DNA of 64,000 nucleotides from a plasmid: the sequence record NZ_CP044066.1; one strand, 5' to 3'. The notes below the pieces were generated by a model. It was not told where the DNA came from and did no database searches. It worked only from the letters and a program-made list of their open reading frames with translations. Shown piece by piece: positions 50,211 to 59,835 of this stretch (position 1 is the first letter of the stretch; each line of letters opens with the position of its first letter). The position numbers and the translations under genes were made by a program.

Positions 50211-50387
50211 TCCCCCCGGCCGTTTTGCCGGCCGTCAGAAAGACCAACAGCTTGAGAGCACGAACGACCGTGCGCAGTGCCTACTGCTAGGAGCGTGGCT
50301 CCTGCCACCTTGTTGCGAAGACACCAGCTCGTAGGCGCCACACGCTCATCAAATCGCAACTAACTGCCAATCCCATCCTGCTCACCA

Positions 50388-50403
50388 CTTTCACATGTGA
50401 AAA
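50388..50403. repeat. isolated 8th copy of the TTTCAC-AT-GTGAAA palindrome
   Basis: ctttcacatgtgaaaa, 30 bp upstream of the -35 of the mazEF-like promoter. Confidence 0.6.
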
Positions 50404-50434
50404 TGGATCGCATACCCGATAACAGCCTATATCG

Positions 50435-50463
50435 TTGCTAATAACGGATGCGCAGGTTATACT
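50435..50463 (+). promoter_or_regulatory. sigma-70 promoter TTGCTA-N17-TATACT of the antitoxin/toxin operon
   Basis: ttgcta ataacggatgcgcaggt tatact, about 40 bp upstream of the antitoxin ATG. Confidence 0.55.
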
Positions 50464-50470
50464 GTTCGCG

Positions 50471-50484
50471 TGTTACTAGTAACG
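50471..50484. promoter_or_regulatory. perfect palindrome TGTTACTAGTAACA overlapping +1: putative antitoxin operator
   Basis: Lies between the -10 and the RBS (GGGGGAGAAG). Confidence 0.5.
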
Positions 50485-50501
50485 ACAAACGGGGGAGAAG
50501 C

Positions 50502-50714
50502 ATGGCGAAGAGCACTGCGCTACGTGCCAGGGAGTTTCGGGCCGCAAAGGCAGCGTTGGGGCTGCGCCAAGTGTTGTTATGGGTGCCTGACACGCGTGAT
50601 CCCATCTACATCGCCGAGTGCAAGCGACAGTCAGCACTTATCGCCGCGGAGCCTCGCGAGTGGGAGCTGGCAGAAGAGCTTAGCCAAATGAGTGATACGT
50701 CGGGGTGGGAATGA
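50502..50714 (+). CDS. DUF3018/MazE-like antitoxin
   Basis: MAKSTALRAREFRAAKAALGLRQVLLWVPDTRDPIYIAECKRQSALIAAEP.. Strong RBS. 4-nt overlap with the toxin gene. Confidence 0.6.
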   Translation: MAKSTALRAREFRAAKAALGLRQVLLWVPDTRDPIYIAECKRQSALIAAEPREWELAEELSQMSDTSGWE

Positions 50715-51037
50715 AGCGAGGTGACGTCGTTGTAGTGGCAATGAACACCGAGTTCGGTAAGCCACGTCCAGCCCTTGTCATTCAGTCCAACACTTACCTA
50801 GACGAGCATCCGACGATCAACGTTTTGCCCATTACCAGCGAGCTTCGCAATACGCCGGCGTTTCGCATTCGTGTCGAGCCGGACGAGCAGAATGGGCTTC
50901 GCGAGATATCGGAGATCATGGTCGACAAGATCCAGTCGCCACTGAGAACGAAGATTGGCAAGGTCATTGGCCGACTGGACAGCGACCGCATGGCGGAAGT
51001 TGACCGTGCACTAACCGTCTGGCTTGGCATCGTCTGA
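50705..51037 (+). CDS. MazF/PemK-family endoribonuclease toxin
   Basis: ..KRGDVVVVAMNTEFGKPRPALVIQSN.. ..INVLPITSELRNTP..RIRVEPDEQNGLREISEIMVDKIQS.. Confidence 0.85.
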   Translation: MGMKRGDVVVVAMNTEFGKPRPALVIQSNTYLDEHPTINVLPITSELRNTPAFRIRVEPDEQNGLREISEIMVDKIQSPLRTKIGKVIGRLDSDRMAEVDRALTVWLGIV

Positions 51038-51193
51038 CATCGACGCATTCAATGCTTCGCCGTACGGCGGGCGAGGTTGCGCCGCCCAACGCGAGGCGGC
51101 CGGCGCAATACCGCACTAGTCAGAGAGTTGTCGGTGACTGGCGGCCCCGACGTCGATCTTGGCCTCATGGGAACGGATGGTGTCCGCAGGACC

Positions 51194-51990
51194 CTATCGT
51201 TGGTCTGTGTGTTGGTCTGTGTGTTGAATTGCACCGAGACCGAACCCACCAATTGCATCGAAAACTGACCCACCCCAAGGACATGCCTCTTCACTGACTG
51301 GTGTCTGCTTTGTGCGTTTCTCCTTGCTCGGCTGAATGCTGCTGTTCTTGAACCGGTAACTGTCGTTGCCGATCTCGACGATGTGGCAGTGATGGGGCAG
51401 ACGATCCAGCAGCGCCGTGGTCATGTTGGCGCCGCCGAAGACAGCCGACCATTCCCCGAAGCTGAGGTTAGTGGTGATGATGAGGCGGGTACGTTCGTAG
51501 AGCTTGCTGATGAGGTGGAACAGCATTGCGCCGCCGGCCTGGCTAAATGGTAGATAGCCCATTCTCGTCGAGGATCACCAGATCGGCGTACATCAGCCGC
51601 GTCGCCAGATGTCCTGGCTTGCCGGCGGCCTTCTCCAGTTCCAGCGTGTTGACGAGTTCGATGATTGAATAGAACCGCACGCGCCGATGATGATGCTCTA
51701 CGGCCTGCACACCGATTGCAGTGCCGATGTGGGTCTCGCCGGTCCCGGGTCCACCAACCAGCACGACGTTGGACGCGAGGAACTTACAACGGCGGAGGCG
51801 CACCAGTGCTTCGTCGACTTCACTGCATGTAAAGTCGAAGCCCATGAGATCTCGATACGCCGGAAACTTGGCCACCTTCATCTGGTAGGCCAGCGAGCGC
51901 ACCTCGCGCTCAGTGAGTTCGCTGCAGAGACAAACGCCACGCCAAAGCGCTTCGCCGCGCAGTTTGGCTAGCCTGAAAGGTATCACCGCC
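51194..51990 (-). pseudogene. istB: IS21-family istB remnant (frameshifted, istA absent)
   Basis: ..FDFTCSEVDEALVRLRRCKFLASNVVLVGGPGTGETHIGTAIGVQAVEHHHRRVRFYSIIELVN.. then a frame change to ..[62 protein letters not shown]. Confidence 0.75.
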
Positions 51991-52080
51991 CTACCTGAAA
52001 AGAATTGGTAGCGAGCGGCGTCTTGCACGATAGTGGACGCATGTTCGTCGCTGTCGAGACGCCGCGAGCGTCCTTTTTCC

Positions 52081-52971
52081 ATGAAGACCTTTCCGAATGT
52101 CCACCGAGTGGGCGCCGCAACGATTACCCGCGTTGACGAGACGGAATTTCCGCTCGCCCCCGAGCGCCTGTTCCCGGCATGGACCGAGGACCTCGGACGC
52201 GCGCTGTCGGAGCGCTTCGCCGCGGAGAGCCTCGACCTGGCCCTTCGACGCGTACCGCTGAAAACGCATCTGTGGCTCGTCGAATTGGATGGGTACACCA
52301 TCGTCGTCGATACGGGCATCGGGAATGGCAAGTCGCGGCCGTTCAGCGCACTGTTCGACTGCCTCGACAACCCGGTGCTCGAGCGTCTCAAGGCCGCGGG
52401 CTTTCATACAGAGCAGGTCGATTACGTGTTGCTGACCCATCTGCATGTCGATCATGTGGGTTGGAATACGCATCGCCGCGAGGGCAGGTGGGTGCCGTTG
52501 TTTGAGAATGCCACGTATGTATTTGGCGAACGTGAGCGCGACTTTTTCGGGACGCCCGAGGGGGCGCCACGTCGCATGGTGTTCGATGACAGCGTTGCCC
52601 CGGTCATTGGGGCAGGGCAGGCGCGCACGGTGCCTGATGCGGGCGCGGATGTTATGGACGGCATCCGGTTCATCCCGACGTTCGGACACAGCGCCGGGCA
52701 CATGGCCATCGAGATCCGCTCGCGCGGCGAAACGGCGCTGTTTTCGGGGGACGTCATGCACAGCGCGGTGCAGGTGCACCACCCAAACTGGAATTCGATG
52801 TTCTGCCAGCATCCGGAGGAGGCCCGCGCTTCTCGCCTCGCTTTGCTCCAGCGTGCGGCGGAAACGGGGGCCACGGTGTTCACCGCGCATTTCGCGGAGA
52901 CGTCGGCGGGCGTTATCACACGCGCCGGCGACCGCTTCGAGTGGACCTACGCTCGACCTATTCCGGCCTGA
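52081..52971 (+). CDS. MBL-fold metallo-hydrolase (lactonase/beta-lactamase superfamily)
   Basis: ..YVLLTHLHVDHVGW.. (HxHxDH), ..FIPTFGHSAGHMAIEI.., ..TAHF.. The tool ORF begins at GTG 52033, and the first ATG is 52081. Confidence 0.85.
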   Translation: MKTFPNVHRVGAATITRVDETEFPLAPERLFPAWTEDLGRALSERFAAESLDLALRRVPLKTHLWLVELDGYTIVVDTGIGNGKSRPFSALFDCLDNPVLERLKAAGFHTEQVDYVLLTHLHVDHVGWNTHRREGRWVPLFENATYVFGERERDFFGTPEGAPRRMVFDDSVAPVIGAGQARTVPDAGADVMDGIRFIPTFGHSAGHMAIEIRSRGETALFSGDVMHSAVQVHHPNWNSMFCQHPEEARASRLALLQRAAETGATVFTAHFAETSAGVITRAGDRFEWTYARPIPA

Positions 52972-53311
52972 GCTCTGAGACCCATCTTCTCCTGCGTCAG
53001 TGTCTCATCGGCGCTCAATCCGCTGATGAAGAGAGCGTCCCTGTCCACAATCAATGCATTTTCGGTCGGCTTGCAGCTGTAGATCTCAACGTAGTACTGA
53101 GTTTCGTCGATAAGAGCGTCAGCCCAACCGACGAAGATGAGAATGGAACGAATTATCCGCCGTGGAGGCGGTTTTTTTAACTGAAAAGCGTGCCCAGCAG
53201 CGGCATTCGTGGGCAAGGCCCTGTCGTACAGCAATGTAAGACTATTCCCGATGTCGCGGTTTTGAAAGTGCCGTCAGACTTCTCGCATACCTAATCCGCG
53301 CACTCGCGGGG

Positions 53312-53539
53312 ATGGAAACCCTCCAGAGAGAGCACGACCTGAACAGACTGCATGCCTCCAGCTATGCCGCTCGCCCCACCAATGCTGCCGGCGTACACGA
53401 GCGCCAAAGCTCTGTGGCTGAGCTTGGCCGGATGATGCGCGCGGAGCGCGAACGGCACGGATTGACGCACGATCAGTTCGCTCAGGCGCTGGGCATTGAA
53501 TCCTCGGATATCGTTTGGTTGGAGCGCGGCGTTCTGTAA
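53312..53539 (+). CDS. XRE-family HTH protein (small)
   Basis: ..MRAERERHGLTHDQFAQALGIESSDIVWLERG.. is an HTH_XRE-like pattern. Confidence 0.35.
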   Translation: METLQREHDLNRLHASSYAARPTNAAGVHERQSSVAELGRMMRAERERHGLTHDQFAQALGIESSDIVWLERGVL

Positions 53540-53853
53540 ATTCCCAGGGACTGGTCTCTAATCGTGTCGTTGTCACTGGGCGCCGCAGAATTTCTAACAC
53601 CGTCCCTCGATATCTGCGGGCACGTTCAAAGAGGGGATGTGTGTAATCGTGTGCGAGGGAGTACCTGATCGGCACCGGGTCGTCGTGTCGGCAAAGCAAT
53701 TAAGAGCACAAAAAAATGCCCCTCGAGCGATCCGAGAGGCTGGGATACGGCGTCATCGTGGGGGTCACTCACGAAATGGTGATTGCTCTTTATGCTGCGC
53801 GCGGGACGGCGGGGAGGGCGAATGGCTTTTCCGTCCGGCCTGCGCAGACGTGC

Positions 53854-54339
53854 TCACTCCGTCAGGGTTTTAGGCAGCTTACCGCCGTTCTGTGCCAACT
53901 CCTGCATCACGCGCTTGTGCAGCCAGGTGTTCATGGCGGCGGAGTCATTCGTGTCACCCGAATAATTCAATTCCTTCGCCAGCGCTTTGCGGTGCTCAAG
54001 GCTGCTATCAATACCGAGCGCCTTGAGCGTATCGACGATCGACGTGCGCCAGTTAAGCGTCTCCCCGGCTTCCTTCACCGCGCTGTCCATCACGCCTTCG
54101 ACGTCCACTTGCGCTAGCGCAGTCGGCAGGGGCGGGCCTGACGCTCCTGTTGCTCCGCCTGTCGTTGGCTGTGCTTCGGCAGCCTTACTGCCCAGGGCAG
54201 GCTGGCCGCCTGAAGTTGTGCCCGAGAGAGGTGCGCCGGTGTCGCCAGCCGGCGTGCCCGTTGCCACTCCTGTAGTGGCTTGCGCCTGCTGATCGCCGCG
54301 GTGCAATAGCTTATTGAGAATGTCCTTGAAAATGCTCAT
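53854..54339 (-). CDS. DUF3597-family protein
   Basis: MSIFKDILNKLLHRG.. N-terminus. Low-complexity G/T/A-rich linker. RBS AGGAGA before the ATG at 54337-54339. Confidence 0.5.
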   Translation of the reverse strand: MSIFKDILNKLLHRGDQQAQATTGVATGTPAGDTGAPLSGTTSGGQPALGSKAAEAQPTTGGATGASGPPLPTALAQVDVEGVMDSAVKEAGETLNWRTSIVDTLKALGIDSSLEHRKALAKELNYSGDTNDSAAMNTWLHKRVMQELAQNGGKLPKTLTE

Positions 54340-54925
54340 GGCTGATCTCCTATAGTTTGAAAGGTGTGTCCGTTGCCGCAAGTTCCGTTCCAGTCAATGC
54401 GGTCAAGTGCGAAGCGCTGTTAGGGTCCATCGCGCGCGTGAGCCTGTCCTATTAGCTCAGACGGAATGCAATACTGGACTTCGCCGGTTTTGTTGTGCAC
54501 GCGTGTCAAAAGGCTTCGCATTGGCAATTGTTGCGTCTCTCACCTCCACCTAGCGCTCCCTTGCCAACTTCACTGGGCACCGCATGCCGTCAAATCTAAA
54601 AGGCTCGAGAACACTAAGAGCTCCCTGCAAGAGCCAATGAGGGTCCGGTCGCGAGTGGTCAAGGTAGCCTTCCGGTCGTGGCGTTTGGTGCGAAAGCGCT
54701 CGAGCGGCCGCGCGGAAAACGGATGCCATCCGCCACTTATCCGCAGGAAGGAGACCAAGAACCCGAAAGTGGTTGTATGCGCTGGCTTCTATACCTAGCA
54801 TGGTTACGCTAGGTGTTGGCATTAATCCGGCCCGATCGAGTCCGCCCCGGGGCTTGTTGGGAAATAATGCGACACAATCGGCCAGCCTTCGGGCTGGCTT
54901 TTTTTTGCGCCCCTAGGGACGGATG

Positions 54926-55348
54926 TCACGTTCCTTTAGCCGGTATCTCGTCAAGCGCGGGCGGGTGAGGCCGCTGGACCGGGCTCGCTGGACTCTGCAT
55001 GTCGATCGAAGCAGCCTGCCGCCAGTCGATCTGGTCACGAGACGTGCTGAATTGGTGAGCCATCCCCAACGCGGCACCTGGGGAAATGGGATCGCTCGCA
55101 GGAAATGTCATCTCCAATGAGGCATCCAACGCTGCCTGGTAGCTGTTCCCATCGTCCGGACGTTGTTGAATTGCTGGGATAGCTTTGGGCATGGTCGTCT
55201 TGGCTTTGAGAGCGTGGTGTCCGAGACTTTGCCATCCTAGACCTTTCGCGTCAGTACGGCACAGGACCAATCCAGTCGGACCGAGAGCTTCGATCTTAGC
55301 AAACGCGACGCAACGATCCGTCGTCCAAATACGAGCCATTACAGACAA
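54926..55348 (-). CDS. hypothetical protein
   Basis: 140-aa ORF. No domain recognised. Confidence 0.25.
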   Translation of the reverse strand: MSVMARIWTTDRCVAFAKIEALGPTGLVLCRTDAKGLGWQSLGHHALKAKTTMPKAIPAIQQRPDDGNSYQAALDASLEMTFPASDPISPGAALGMAHQFSTSRDQIDWRQAASIDMQSPASPVQRPHPPALDEIPAKGT

Positions 55349-55529
55349 TTTTGCATAGACAACTTCACCACCATTGATCCGGCAGCCTACCGACCTAACT
55401 GCTGATACGCATCGCAGAGCGCGGATTTTATGGGATACAACTGAGCGCGACTCCCTGCCACAATCACCAAGTTTGCGTGATGATCGGCCGCAGCGCAGTC
55501 ATGCCCGGAGGCTCTCGGCCGAATACCTG

Positions 55530-55823
55530 TCAGATGTCAACACGAAAATGCTCGACAGACTGGCCGGCATTCACGGCGCGCTGCAGCCAGGCCGGTAACG
55601 CGCCTTGCCCGTCCCAAACATGGCCTTGAGCATCTCGAAAGCGAGCTTGCGCGCTTGACGTTGAGCCGGCCGAGGCGTGTTCATCAAAACCCGCTCTTTT
55701 AAGATCTTCGAATTGAAGACCGTGTCGCGCCATTTGGGTCTTTATCCAGAGGATGGCCTCGGCACGTTCTCGCAGCACTTGGGTCGGGTTGGAGTAGGTA
55801 TGAAGTCGGGTACTTTGGCTCAT
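55530..55823 (-). CDS. H-NS-family protein (second copy)
   Basis: MSQSTRLHTYSNPTQVL..ILWIKTQMARHGLQFEDL.. and C-terminal ..RFRDAQGHVWDGQGALPAWLQRAVNAGQSVEHF.. (H-NS DNA-binding motif). Start taken at M24 of the tool ORF. Confidence 0.65.
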   Translation of the reverse strand: MSQSTRLHTYSNPTQVLRERAEAILWIKTQMARHGLQFEDLKRAGFDEHASAGSTSSAQARFRDAQGHVWDGQGALPAWLQRAVNAGQSVEHFRVDI

Positions 55824-56270
55824 GGTTGCATGATAGTGCGATGAAGCTTTAACTGTGAGTTCCGGGGACATATCTCTCCCTCGATATTCCATCGCGGTAG
55901 TCCGCTGTGGGTGGGCATTGAAGAAAAGTCATTTCGGGCGCAGAAAGATCGGCCTGCCAGCGTAGGCGGCAAGGTCCATCCAGGTGCGTTGTGTTTCTTT
56001 AAGATACTTCCTCTCCGTCGCGGCCGAGTGAGCTATTCCATTCCCGATGCTGGCACCGTTCACACTAGGCCCTCCGAGCATTGGCACTCATATGCGCTCG
56101 CATCAATGAGGGCGCGTGCGGCCCAGCCAGCGAGATCAAGGTGCCGTCTTATTTACACCAGCTAGAGTTTCGCATGACGTGCCCCGGTTACCACGCGCCC
56201 GCAAGAGGAATTGAGGTCGAGAACCAGCTTGTGTGACGGTCTACGCCCTGCAACGTTTCCCCAGATTGGC

Positions 56271-56549
56271 ATGGTCAGTCGCATGCCCAAAAACTACCGC
56301 CGGCCCGATGAGCATGTCCTGGACAATGTATGCGAACGGTTGGCAATGCATCCTGGTGTCGACGTATTTGATGTGACCGTGCACATAGAGGCTGGTGTCA
56401 TCAGACTCGTGGGCACCGTTAAAGATCGTTACGAGCGTCGTCTAGTTGAGAAGATCACCGAAGGTGTGTGGGGCGTGCGCGATATCGAGAACGGTGTTCG
56501 TTTCCGAGACCCGACGGTTTCACCGGAGCGAACGCTGAGTCTCAGATGA
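56271..56549 (+). CDS. BON-domain protein (OsmY-like)
   Basis: ..MHPGVDVFDVTVHIEAGVIRLVGTVKDRYERRLVEKITEGVWGVRDIENGV.. matches the BON consensus. Confidence 0.55.
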   Translation: MVSRMPKNYRRPDEHVLDNVCERLAMHPGVDVFDVTVHIEAGVIRLVGTVKDRYERRLVEKITEGVWGVRDIENGVRFRDPTVSPERTLSLR

Positions 56550-57765
56550 TCACGTGAGATTGCGAAGTCGTATTGGCCAGCTTTGCCGGGCTCCCGTGCC
56601 CGGAGTTGTCAAACATGGCAGAAAGATCAACCGCCTGATGGGCTGGCCGAAGCGGTTGTGCTGTCGATGCCTAAAAACCATCCTTTGGACGTGAAAGGAC
56701 GCAATTGGGACATCGCGGAAACGAGGAATGAGACTGCTTATAAAAGTCATCTCCGCCGCGTTGTGGAGGAGGCAAGGTTCGCGTTCTATCTGTCGCGGCC
56801 GCTCGCCACGAGCTGAGCCCTAGCGCCCGGCGCGCGTTAGTCACGCCGTTGGCGGATGAGTGAACGTCTTCTCTTTGCCCATCAGCCTGGCATCTCGCGG
56901 CCCACCTTGGCTTCGGTCGAAACCAACGCCACGTTGATCAGGTTTTCCCTCAACACGCCACGTGGTGCTTGTCAACGCACGACTACACATAGCATGTAAG
57001 CAAGCCAGATTAGAAATCTGCGAAATGCCGAAACCTCTCGCTGAGGGGGCGATCACCAAAGCATCGGACCACAGGGATAAGATTCGGCAGTGCGCCCATA
57101 CGCGTTGGCGACATCGCGGCAATCGCGACGACTATCGTTCTCGGCCAGCAAGATCACGGCTACGATCAAGACTAATACGACAAACACAGAGGCGGCGATG
57201 CGGCCACTCGATAACAGATGGGTAATAGTCATGGCTCAGGCGTAGTAAAGGTTATAGAACGCTAGTGCTGTGGACGTAGAGACCGTTGCAGCCGCGATCG
57301 GAAACCAGCGGCGCGGTGCGATGTCGGGAGCCGAACACCCCGCCATCTATGACTCTGACGCCTGGCGAGGAGCACGAGTCTTGGCGGGTACGTTCGCGGG
57401 CTATGAAACAGTCTAGACCCTTAAGAAGAAAAATCTAATCTGCGGCGTTAGTGTGAAGAGAAATGTGCTCGCGCGGGCCAATCGTGTCGCCGATAGTACC
57501 CGCGGGCCGTATGACTGCTCAGGCCAAGCGCCAGACTGCGGTCGCAACGAGGGAGGGAGCGAAACAGACAACCGTTTTTTGGACCCGAGCGCTGACTTAG
57601 AGGACGAAGCCACGGATAAAGCGCCGCGCCGCGTAGCGCAAGGCCTGTGGCTAAGCAACGCTACGTCAAGTGCCGGGCGTGGCCCTTCGAGATATCCCCG
57701 CAAGTGCAATGAACGCACAGAGCACTCCGGATACAGCATTGCGGGTAGCGTCGCGGCGCAAACGG

Positions 57766-59835
57766 CTATCGGTCAGCCCGATGTGTTCCTGCGGTGCGAG
57801 CTCTCTCCAATGCCAGATTTATGCGACTGATCAACTGGTCGTGTTGAAAGGGTTTGCGGAGGTGGATGATGCTTGAGTCAGCTTCAGGTAGTTCCGCATA
57901 ACCTGTTGCAAGAACGATGGGCAGCTGCGGGCGTAATAGTCGCGCTGCCTCCGCTAACTCCAGTCCCGTCATGTAAGGCATGGAGTAGTCTGTGAGCAGC
58001 ACGTCGATGTTCATGCCCTCTGCCAACAACTGGAGGGCCGCGTCGCCAGACTCTGCGACGACAACTTCATGGCCTACGTCTTCCAGCAGCAGCGTGGTGC
58101 TGGTGGCAACGAGAGTGTCGTCATCAACGACTAGAATTTTCCCAACCGCTTCTGCGTGAACCGACGGTGGACCCGTATCACGCGCGACTTCTTCAAGCAG
58201 TGACTCACTGGTCATTGCGAGTGCCGGGAGCCAAAGCGTAGCGCGAGTGCCTTTTCCGAGTTCACTCTCCAGTCGCAGCGCCCCATGCAACTGTCGCGCG
58301 AGACCGCGGACCATGGAAATGCCCAGTCCGGTTCCTTTGCCGACCTCTTTTGTTGTGAAGAATGGCTCGCCTGCTTTCGCAAGAGTCGTCGCGTCCATCC
58401 CGACACCTTCGTCGCTTACGCAAATACGCACGTATTGACCTGCTGGGAGTTCGGGGTCACCAGACGAAGTTAGCGTGTCCACGGCAATAGAGAGGCGTCC
58501 GCCGCGCGGCATCGCATCTCGTGAGTTCACCACGAGATTCAATAGCGCGAGTTCAATCTGGTCGGCGTCGGCGAGAGCAAGGGGTACCTCGTTCGCAGTT
58601 TCTATACGAAGGTCGATGGATGGCCCAATCGAGCGAGCGATAAGTTCTTCCATGCCGCGTAGCAGTTTGGGCAGACTCGTAGGAGCAACGTTAAGATCCT
58701 GTTGTCTCGCCGCAGCTAGCAGGCGCTGAGTCAGCGTCGCCCCACGGCGAGCGCCTTGATAGGCGCCGTTGATGAGACGTAAGAGTTTCGGATTGGCAGA
58801 CGCGTCCTTCCGGGCAAGCTCCAGATTATTGAGGATGGCTGCCAGCAGGTTGTTGAAATCGTGCGCAACTCCACCGGACAATTGACCAATCAGCTCGAGT
58901 TTTTGTACGTGCCGCAGCTTCTCTTCGGTCTGCTCGCGCTTGCGTATCTCCTCAAGGATGTTGCGGTGGGACGTCTCGAGTTCTGCCGTACGCTCGCGGA
59001 CTTTCCTTTCCAGCGACTCGTTGGCACGACGCAACCGTTCCGCTGCTGCCACTTGCTCGGTGACGTCAAGACAGACGCCAACGAACCGTCCGCTCCCGTT
59101 CATCCCATCGCCGACGTATCGGGCTCGCACGTCCACGGTCCGCACACTTCCGTCGGGCAAGATCAACCGATGCTCGAGAGTGTAGTCGGCGCCCGTGTCG
59201 ATGCTGTGTTTGAGCATCGCCTCGATGCGCTCGCGGTCCTCCGGATGGGTCGTGGCCAGCGCGTCGTCGTAGGTGAGGTCCTCGTTCTCGGCCCGCCCGA
59301 AAATGGCCCTGCACGTAGCCGATGCTGTGAGCGTCTGTGTTGCTATGTTGAGCTCCCACGATCCAAGGCGGCCCGCCGTCAGTGCCGTGCGAAGGCGCTC
59401 CTCGCCCTCATGCAGTTCCACGAGACTTCTACGGGCGTCAAATTGCTTTCTACGCGCGCGCACGGCCGCGCCAATCACGCTGATGAAGGTGGTGGGGTGA
59501 AACGGTCGCTCGATGAACGTGACATTGCCCAAGCTCTGGGTTATCCGGGCGACTTCTCCTAGGCGATTTCCCTCATCCGCGACGCGCCGCGTGAGCACTA
59601 CGAAGGGAAGATCGGACCATGGCGGCTGGGTTGACACCCACGCCGACACTTCCCGCAAATCCAGCAGTTCCTCTTCGGTCACGACCACGCAGCATATCGA
59701 ATCATCAAGCGCATGCGCGAGGGACTGCAGGTCGACGCAAATGCGGCAGGGCGTTTGCGTCCTCGCCAGCAACGAAGCGGCGACGGTCGCATCGCGTCCA
59801 ACAGGCGCTAGTATCAGTGCTGGGCAGTCATTCAT
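57766..59835 (-). CDS. hybrid sensor histidine kinase: N-terminal pseudo-receiver-like region, PAS, HisKA, HATPase_c, C-terminal REC
   Basis: H-box ..GGVAHDFNNLLAAI... ATP lid ..SDEGVGMD..FFTTKEVGKGTGLGISMV... REC ..KILVVDDD..DVLLTDYSMPYMTGLEL..VLATGY... Start at ATG 59833-59835 (MNDCPALIL..), overlapping the kaiC stop (ATGAATGA). Confidence 0.9.
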   Translation of the reverse strand: MNDCPALILAPVGRDATVAASLLARTQTPCRICVDLQSLAHALDDSICCVVVTEEELLDLREVSAWVSTQPPWSDLPFVVLTRRVADEGNRLGEVARITQSLGNVTFIERPFHPTTFISVIGAAVRARRKQFDARRSLVELHEGEERLRTALTAGRLGSWELNIATQTLTASATCRAIFGRAENEDLTYDDALATTHPEDRERIEAMLKHSIDTGADYTLEHRLILPDGSVRTVDVRARYVGDGMNGSGRFVGVCLDVTEQVAAAERLRRANESLERKVRERTAELETSHRNILEEIRKREQTEEKLRHVQKLELIGQLSGGVAHDFNNLLAAILNNLELARKDASANPKLLRLINGAYQGARRGATLTQRLLAAARQQDLNVAPTSLPKLLRGMEELIARSIGPSIDLRIETANEVPLALADADQIELALLNLVVNSRDAMPRGGRLSIAVDTLTSSGDPELPAGQYVRICVSDEGVGMDATTLAKAGEPFFTTKEVGKGTGLGISMVRGLARQLHGALRLESELGKGTRATLWLPALAMTSESLLEEVARDTGPPSVHAEAVGKILVVDDDTLVATSTTLLLEDVGHEVVVAESGDAALQLLAEGMNIDVLLTDYSMPYMTGLELAEAARLLRPQLPIVLATGYAELPEADSSIIHLRKPFQHDQLISRINLALERARTAGTHRADR

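Noticed and set aside
52445-52978. 177-aa plus-strand ORF and 52452-52919 minus-strand ORF overlapping the MBL hydrolase
   Set aside because: These are alternative-frame shadows of the MBL-fold gene, which has clear catalytic motifs.
57056-57235. 59-aa hydrophobic minus-strand ORF (MTITHLLSSGRIAASVFVVLVLIVAVILLAEND...)
   Set aside because: Plausible small membrane peptide, but there is no RBS or homology evidence. It was left uncalled.
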